DNA of 34,189 nt from Candidatus Hodarchaeota archaeon (GTDB taxonomy: Archaea; Asgardarchaeota; Heimdallarchaeia; Hodarchaeales; Hodarchaeaceae): the NCBI GenBank assembly GCA_016839785.1, contig JAEOTQ010000091.1, positions 1-34,189 of the forward strand, written 5' to 3'. The stretch's first letter is position 1; the number at the start of each line of letters is the position of its first letter. Shown here in pieces: positions 27,964 through 34,189 of this stretch. The position numbers and the translations under genes were made by a program. The notes under the pieces were generated by a model. The model worked only from the letters and a program-made list of their open reading frames with translations. It was not told the origin of the DNA and searched no databases.

Positions 27964-28446
27964 AATAATCTCATTGCAAGTATCCTCAATATTCCTATCA
28001 TCATTTTGAATTTCAAACATAATATCTTGAGGATAAAATTCTGAAAACTCATAGAACAAGATATTCATAATTTCAGCCTCTAAATTTGATTCAATTTTCT
28101 CATTTGAGTAATCTCGTGATTCTAGTCTTTTCCTCAGGATGGAGATCGAAGTGTGGAGAATAATAATATAATCAATTGGTAAACCTAGTAGAACCATTCC
28201 GCTAGAAATGCAAATTTTTTTGTTAGCTTTCAGTTTCTTGAATAGATTTTGAGTTAAAAGTTCATCATCAACAATTAACGTATCGCGATCGATGTCATAA
28301 CCAAGATACAACCCTTCTTCAATGATAAGATCGTTTATCTCTAGAAAATCTAAATCAAGATTGTAAGATAGATTTTTTGCAATAATTGTCTTACCTGTAC
28401 CTGGTGTACCGGTAATATATATCCGTAATACAGAACTATCACTCAT
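27925..28446 (-). CDS. AK6/Fap7-type adenylate kinase/ATPase
   Basis: IYITGTPGTGKT, LRKRLESRDYSNEKIESNLEAEI; 3' end overlaps the MBL gene by 39 nt. Confidence 0.88.
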   Translation of the reverse strand: MSDSSVLRIYITGTPGTGKTIIAKNLSYNLDLDFLEINDLIIEEGLYLGYDIDRDTLIVDDELLTQNLFKKLKANKKICISSGMVLLGLPIDYIIILHTSISILRKRLESRDYSNEKIESNLEAEIMNILFYEFSEFYPQDIMFEIQNDDRNIEDTCNEIISIIGKHHLRVSK

Positions 28447-28581
28447 GACAACCAACCATTGTCTATCTGTCGATTTAAGACTTAGTATATTCCCGAATCT
28501 TCTTTATGTAGGTTTAAATTATTATATTAATAAAGAGGTTGTAGAGAAGAGACGATTCTATCCCGCGAATGGTTATGTATT

Positions 28582-31062
28582 GTGAGCTCAATAATTTCAA
28601 TTGTAGCAGAAAAACCCTCTATCGCAAGAGCATTAGTTAGAGCATTCTCTATCGTTTATAAAATGAAATTTGAAAGCCGAAAAGGTCAAACGCGTTATAA
28701 TTATATCTTTGAAGCCTCATTAGAAGACCAAAAAGTAACTTTTACAATTGAGACGACAGAATACCGATTAAAAAAGGGGGATATATTACTAATCTCGAGT
28801 GTTACTGGGCATATTCTCAACTTTGACTATCCTCCACCCTTCGATAAAGATACAAATTGGCATAATTCTGATCCGATTGAAATGGTCGAAATTGAGCCAA
28901 TTGAAAAAGCGATTCATGAGAGTATGGTTGACCATGTTACTCATATTGGAGCGCTTTCTAATGTATTAATAGTAGCAACAGATTGGGATGGCCATGGAGA
29001 AGTGATAGGTCGAGAAATTGTAGAGGTAGCAAGCAGAGAAAATAAGAAAATTCGCCATGGTAGGATGAGATTTACAAGTACCAATCCCTTATCTCTTCAA
29101 CGTGCTTTTGAATCTCAAACTGGATTAAATTGGGACTGGATCCGTCAAGTCGATTCATTAAGAAAACAAGACCTAAGAATGGGATCTTCTATCACCCGAT
29201 TTTTAACTGTAGGCGTTCAAGATCGAGGTATTCATAATCAGATGATTTCTTATGGTCCATGTCAGACAAGTGTATTGTATCTAATTGCCAGTCGTTATAT
29301 TGAGAATAAAGCATTTAATCCGGAAGAATTCTGGAAGATATCTCTTAAGATTATTGTGAATGATAAACCTTTGTTCCTTGATTGGCATGGGAACCCATCT
29401 AGTGATGAAGAACATGTCGATAATATTCTAAAAAAACTTGAAAATGAAGAAAAGGCAGTCATCAGTGATTTTAATGAAGAAATAGGATCAATTCGAAGAC
29501 CACTTCCCCTTGATACTGATACTCTTGAAGCAGAGTGTTCCAATTTCTTTAAGGTAAGCCCGAAACAAATTTCTGACATTGCAGAACGCTTATACAATAA
29601 TGGATTTATTACTTACCCCAGAACTGAAAGTTCCTACTATCTTGAGAAAGATTTAACAAAATTAACGAGCATTTTTACTGATCATACTGAATTTGGAAAG
29701 ATTGCTCAAGAATGTATTAATCTTGGTGGTGTTACCAAGCCATCTAAGGGGCGTTTTACGAAGGATCATGAACCTATCAAGCCTGTCAAAGCAATAACCA
29801 AGAAAGATTTAGAAAAAACATTTACTAAGACTCCTTCAATAATTAACTTGTCGTGGGCAATATATTCGTACATTGTCTGGAGATTTCTAGCAACTGTCCA
29901 TATTGATGCAAAAACGCTGGATCAGTACATTATTTTATCCGTTGGTGAAGAAGAATTTAAGGGGAAAGGGAAATTGATAACAGAACTAGGTTTTCTCAAG
30001 TTTTATCAGTATCGAAATATTGTCTCTTCTGAACTACCAAAATTGGAAAAACACACTGAATTTCCTTTTGAAACGAATAAACATCTTGGTTATACTACTC
30101 CACCTCCATTATGGAACGAATCTATGCTGATTCGAAAAATGGCTGAATTAAATCTAGGTACTGATGCAACTCGTTCATCTCACATTGACACAGTTCAAAA
30201 ACGCAGATATACGACACCAACAGGCACTCAACGGGTTCTAGTTCCGACTCCACTTGGTTTGGCTTTATATAATGTACTTAATGCTCATGCACAAGATTTA
30301 ATCCTCCCTGAAATCCGAGGAAAAGTAGAAACATGGACACAACAGATAAGAGAACACAAAAAAACTGCTGAAGAAGTAGATAAGTTAGTTATTGATTTAA
30401 CTACGCAAGGCATCATGGCTATGAAATCTAACGAAGAAGATATCTTTTCAACCTTAACCACAAGTTTTAAAGATATGACTGGTGTAGGTAATATCATGGG
30501 GGTGTGTTCAGACTGTGAGGGAGAGTTAGTTCTATTCCAAGGTAAAAAAGGGGCACGGTTCTTAAAATGTATGAATCCTCTCTGTGAAGCAAGTTTCCCT
30601 CTTCCAAAAAAAGGAGAATTAACAAAATTAGAGGAAGAATATTGTAGGATATGTAAGTCCACACCTTTATTGGTTACAGTTAAGTATCATAATTGGATTA
30701 TGTGTCCAGTTTGTTGGACCCGAGAAGCGAGTAAAGATCGCCCTTGGTTTTGTAGTGATTGTAACCGTGAAGAATGCCCGTATTCGGGTTCTTGGAAAGC
30801 TAAATCTAGTGACGAGAATTTAGGTAAGTGTCCTGATTGTAATGGAGATTTGTTCCTTCAAATAAAGGAAGATAATGCACGTGTAGAATGCGTTTCATGC
30901 AATAGAATCTGGAAAACTCCCAAACTTCGTCCTAAGATGTCTATTACCCTAGGAAAGGCATGTACGCAATGTGGGAGAAAGACCCTTTCAGTTGTAAAAC
31001 AAGGAAAAAAGCCCTACAGATTATGCGTGTTTTGCTCGCTATTTTATTTTGATGATTATTAA
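28582..31062 (+). CDS. top3: Type IA topoisomerase, eukaryotic Top3 (TOP3B)-like, with multi-zinc-finger tail
   Basis: VAEKPSIA, SVTGH, DWD, SYGPCQT, catalytic ITYPRT (Y345), GTDAT, 19-Cys C-terminal region. Confidence 0.93.
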   Translation: MSSIISIVAEKPSIARALVRAFSIVYKMKFESRKGQTRYNYIFEASLEDQKVTFTIETTEYRLKKGDILLISSVTGHILNFDYPPPFDKDTNWHNSDPIEMVEIEPIEKAIHESMVDHVTHIGALSNVLIVATDWDGHGEVIGREIVEVASRENKKIRHGRMRFTSTNPLSLQRAFESQTGLNWDWIRQVDSLRKQDLRMGSSITRFLTVGVQDRGIHNQMISYGPCQTSVLYLIASRYIENKAFNPEEFWKISLKIIVNDKPLFLDWHGNPSSDEEHVDNILKKLENEEKAVISDFNEEIGSIRRPLPLDTDTLEAECSNFFKVSPKQISDIAERLYNNGFITYPRTESSYYLEKDLTKLTSIFTDHTEFGKIAQECINLGGVTKPSKGRFTKDHEPIKPVKAITKKDLEKTFTKTPSIINLSWAIYSYIVWRFLATVHIDAKTLDQYIILSVGEEEFKGKGKLITELGFLKFYQYRNIVSSELPKLEKHTEFPFETNKHLGYTTPPPLWNESMLIRKMAELNLGTDATRSSHIDTVQKRRYTTPTGTQRVLVPTPLGLALYNVLNAHAQDLILPEIRGKVETWTQQIREHKKTAEEVDKLVIDLTTQGIMAMKSNEEDIFSTLTTSFKDMTGVGNIMGVCSDCEGELVLFQGKKGARFLKCMNPLCEASFPLPKKGELTKLEEEYCRICKSTPLLVTVKYHNWIMCPVCWTREASKDRPWFCSDCNREECPYSGSWKAKSSDENLGKCPDCNGDLFLQIKEDNARVECVSCNRIWKTPKLRPKMSITLGKACTQCGRKTLSVVKQGKKPYRLCVFCSLFYFDDY

Positions 31063-31269
31063 GCAATTTTTGAAAACATAGGAATCCATAAGAATAATCC
31101 TCTTTTTGTCTCATTAACTTATTTCTTTCAGATCTCATCCAATCATGAAAATTACTAAACTTCCATTCAAGATGAATAGAATAATATAAAATACTCTGAG
31201 GAATAAATAAAATTCATCAACATTCAGTAGTTCGATTAGAACCTGAATGTCTTAAAAATATCTCTTTCA

Positions 31270-33564
31270 GTGGTTTATATGAGTTCTAATAAAAACTTTG
31301 GTAGAGATCCCGCCCCCTCTGCAATTCGCTACCTAGTACTATTGAGTGCACTGGTTTCAGGAGTAACAGCCCTTTCATTTCTTCCAAAATTGGCTGGTTC
31401 TAGTACTGCAGAATCAAACTTTTTTACCGGTGCTATTCCTATCTTCACTGGGTTTGCACTGGTTTCTGTTTTCGAATGGTTTTTATTAGGCCGTTCTCGA
31501 AAAATGAGAGGCCCTTATGGGTTCGCATTTGCAGTAGAGATATTAAAGACTGTCGGTCTAGGAATAGGAGCAAATGAATATGCTAGAAATGTGGAAGGAG
31601 CATCTACTGGAGATTTCTTGCTATTACAATTGACTACATACGCTATTCTCGTTATGCTTGCCCTTACTAAATTTCTGAGGACAAGAATCGAAGAGATTGC
31701 ACAAAGAGATATTAGTCGACATGTTCTGAATTTATTACCAACAATTCTTGTTATTCTTCTTTTTATGGGAACTTATGTTACCGAAATTGCGGGTCTTGGG
31801 ACACCTCGTCAACGGCGTAATTTTGATCCATATACGGACAAAATTATTGATTGGAATATGTTTAACACTCCCACATGGGATGCTACTTATATTCTGGAGA
31901 ATCTATTAGATCAATTTACCGCTGGATTATCTGCTCCTGATGTAATTTTATTTAATGTAACGAGTGATGATCCCACCGATTCGACAGAACCGCCTGCGTA
32001 TTGGCGAGTATCTAATCTAGATGATTACGTTTATACCGCCAAACCACCTTATACAACTGATTGGAATCCAAGCACATCAGTTAAAAGAGATACATTCACT
32101 TACTCTAGTGTTGTACCCTCAGATTCACGAACTGCCCGTTTCAACGTCGAAATGCCTTTAGACCATAATAGTACGTCGGTTGATGTTACTATTCATCCGA
32201 GTTTTCCTAATATGTTACCTACAACATGGAATGGTCCTTTGGGTGCATATGTGGCATCAAGTTCTTTCAATCTGTATGATAGTGATGAAGGTTCATTATC
32301 TCTTGTAAATCCGGTATCAGAACAGGCAAAAGAAGTGTTTCCCAATGCCGACCCTGAAGATCTCTTTGGAGTTTATGCTAATTTACAGGTTGCTGAAACA
32401 TCTACTGATGCAGGGCGTTTTGAGTATACTATGGATTATCAAGCTCCTGATATTCAGACAGCAGCTGCGTTCTCCCTTACCAGATCAGATGCGGCCTATC
32501 TAAGTTGTGGGATACACCCTGTTACTTGGGAATCGATAAAATCACGTTATCTCCAGATTCCAAGTACTGTTCCAGCGCCTTCTACAACTTATGCTGAATG
32601 GGCTCCTACAGTCTATGATACTGCTGTAACATGGAATGATTCTTTCCAGACAGTGTTTGGTCAATCATATGCTAATATGTTAAAATTTGGCAATCAGTCT
32701 CAATTTACATTCGATACTGAAATGTGGCTTGGTCAACAACTCGGAGTGATGGCCCATCCTGATGAATATGAGGATTATAATGAATGGTTCCTCAATAGAG
32801 GTAGTGGAGTATCTTTACACTTTGCTTCAGCATATACTATTATTAATCGTCTCCAAAATATTCCTTCCCGTGTAGTTATAGGCTATCTAGCGGGAAATGA
32901 CTCTTATATTTATGGAGGAAAACGTGCTGTCACTTCTCGATTTTTACACGCATGGTCAGAAGTCCTAGTTCCAATAGATCCAAATCCTCTATTACCAGGT
33001 GACGAACGGGTTGAATGGATGAGTTTTGATCCTCTTCTAAGCCAATTAGCAGAGCAATATGGTTTCGAACTTCCCACGGATATTATCCCTCCATCCAGCG
33101 CTGAACAGACAACTTTTATTCGTGCAGATTATGATCTAGAGACTAAAGGATTAGCACAAGCCTATATTGATCAAGGAATAGCTCAAGCATCAGGTGATTG
33201 GCTTTTTGGAAGATGCACGGTAAATAATAGTGTCTTAGGTGATGGCGCAAGTCTCCATGATGGAGATACCGTTATTGTATCTACACGCTTAATTTCGATT
33301 CCCTCGGCTGCCACGTGGTTACCTTACCAGAATGAAACAATTGATTTCTATATTGCCACTGATAGTGAAAATGGCACGGGTGATATTGAAACTGTTGGGA
33401 CCTGGATTGGTACAAAAGAAACTGATAATAATGGAATAGTAACGATTTTATTAACTATCGATATTGGAACACATGGGATAAGAACTGTCCGATTCTATGG
33501 CGTAGTGATTCTAGGTTCAGTTAGGAGACTTGCTATATCATTTGCATATGACATTACGTTCTAG
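31270..33564 (+). CDS. Membrane-anchored transglutaminase-like protein (TgpA-like layout)
   Basis: About five N-terminal hydrophobic segments, YWR motif, HFASA...RLQNIPSRVVIGY, HAWSEV, WMSFDP, beta-rich C-terminus. Start GTG 31270 or ATG 31279. Confidence 0.8.
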   Translation: MVYMSSNKNFGRDPAPSAIRYLVLLSALVSGVTALSFLPKLAGSSTAESNFFTGAIPIFTGFALVSVFEWFLLGRSRKMRGPYGFAFAVEILKTVGLGIGANEYARNVEGASTGDFLLLQLTTYAILVMLALTKFLRTRIEEIAQRDISRHVLNLLPTILVILLFMGTYVTEIAGLGTPRQRRNFDPYTDKIIDWNMFNTPTWDATYILENLLDQFTAGLSAPDVILFNVTSDDPTDSTEPPAYWRVSNLDDYVYTAKPPYTTDWNPSTSVKRDTFTYSSVVPSDSRTARFNVEMPLDHNSTSVDVTIHPSFPNMLPTTWNGPLGAYVASSSFNLYDSDEGSLSLVNPVSEQAKEVFPNADPEDLFGVYANLQVAETSTDAGRFEYTMDYQAPDIQTAAAFSLTRSDAAYLSCGIHPVTWESIKSRYLQIPSTVPAPSTTYAEWAPTVYDTAVTWNDSFQTVFGQSYANMLKFGNQSQFTFDTEMWLGQQLGVMAHPDEYEDYNEWFLNRGSGVSLHFASAYTIINRLQNIPSRVVIGYLAGNDSYIYGGKRAVTSRFLHAWSEVLVPIDPNPLLPGDERVEWMSFDPLLSQLAEQYGFELPTDIIPPSSAEQTTFIRADYDLETKGLAQAYIDQGIAQASGDWLFGRCTVNNSVLGDGASLHDGDTVIVSTRLISIPSAATWLPYQNETIDFYIATDSENGTGDIETVGTWIGTKETDNNGIVTILLTIDIGTHGIRTVRFYGVVILGSVRRLAISFAYDITF

Positions 33565-33834
33565 GAATAAACGTAGAAATCAATGTCTATTCGTATTTTA
33601 ATTTCATTTACAGGAAATTTATACCATTAAAACTCTCAGAATTGATACTCTTCCCCACACAACTGTAATTCGTTTCGGCTGAGTTTTTGGATTCAAGTAA
33701 AGAATACCTTAAAAAAATCAATACATATAAATATAAGGCAAATTTAGATGATGTTATAGATATACTTGTGTGTCTTATTATAAAACACTGAAACAAGGAG
33801 ATATCTTTTAACATTAATGGAGCACGATTAAATT

Positions 33835-34140
33835 ATGTCCAAAGATAAAGTATATGGATATGGAATATCTATAATCACAATAATATTACTTCTCTTATAC
33901 ACCTGGTTTCTACCCATTCAAAGCTATTTTCCAGACATTGTAGAGGCTTTTAATCCACTAGGTACAACGCCAATAGATGCAATGTTATGGCCTGTGTACT
34001 TGGCAACCCTAATGGTCGGGTTTATCATCGCTTGGATTGGAATAACTATGGCTACTACTCCGCCACCAGAGCCCATTGACCTCGATGATCTAAATCTTGA
34101 AGACGAAGACTTTGATGAAGAAGATAAAGATGAAGATTAA
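33835..34140 (+). CDS. Small two-TM membrane protein with acidic tail, DPM2-like
   Basis: DKVYGYG-TM1-YTW...AMLWP-TM2-WIGITMATTPPPEPI, then D/E-rich tail; T-rich tract follows the stop. Confidence 0.65.
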   Translation: MSKDKVYGYGISIITIILLLLYTWFLPIQSYFPDIVEAFNPLGTTPIDAMLWPVYLATLMVGFIIAWIGITMATTPPPEPIDLDDLNLEDEDFDEEDKDED

Positions 34141-34189
34141 ATAACTTCACTTTTCCTCTCTCTCTATTTTTCTTATTTTATACAGGGTC

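Noticed and set aside
5137-31138. Many 60-141 aa ORFs overlapping larger genes (e.g. 15362-15649, 23414-23728, 23898-24323, 29295-29597, 30285-30662)
   Set aside because: Opposite-strand or off-frame to well-supported genes, with no recognisable features.
31220-31250. Hairpin ACATTCAG...CTGAATGT before the transglutaminase-like gene, and a similar short one at 14780-14801
   Set aside because: Short isolated stems with no recurrence or other support for a function.
33608-33814. 68-aa minus-strand ORF
   Set aside because: AT-rich, no motif, and overlaps the likely promoter of the 33835 gene; coding status unsupported.
1-34189. CRISPR arrays, tRNA/rRNA genes, IS elements, proviral genes
   Set aside because: No spaced direct repeats, cloverleafs, or transposase, integrase or capsid motifs seen by eye.

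Overview
AT-rich chromosomal core region of an archaeon, most likely an Asgard archaeon (inferred from an Arf-family GTPase, a eukaryote-like Top3 and a DPM2-like protein among otherwise archaeal genes). In order: intein-containing mcm (runs off the left edge and is missing from the ORF track), gins23, orc1/cdc6 and a class I-like HDAC; an Arf-like GTPase with a convergent Pro-rich/helical-repeat gene; a ribosome-biogenesis block (CYTH, Nop2, Nip7, RNase P RNA, ABCE1, Tsr3, UPF0179, SlyD, L24e, S28e, L7Ae); an eight-gene mevalonate cluster; pgk; two unknown genes; an Lrp ligand-binding protein, an MBL hydrolase, AK6/Fap7, a type IA topoisomerase, a membrane transglutaminase-like protein and a small 2-TM protein. 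Three observations stand out. (1) The mevalonate cluster encodes both the archaeal AcnX/UbiD/UbiX route and the classical PMK+MVD route, with the classical pair inverted inside the archaeal gene run. (2) The topoisomerase has eukaryotic TOP3B-type motifs and a TOP3B-like zinc-finger tail. (3) The mevalonate kinase resembles the trypanosomatid enzyme. No CRISPR array, tRNA, rRNA or transposase was seen. Family comparisons are from recalled motifs, not database searches.
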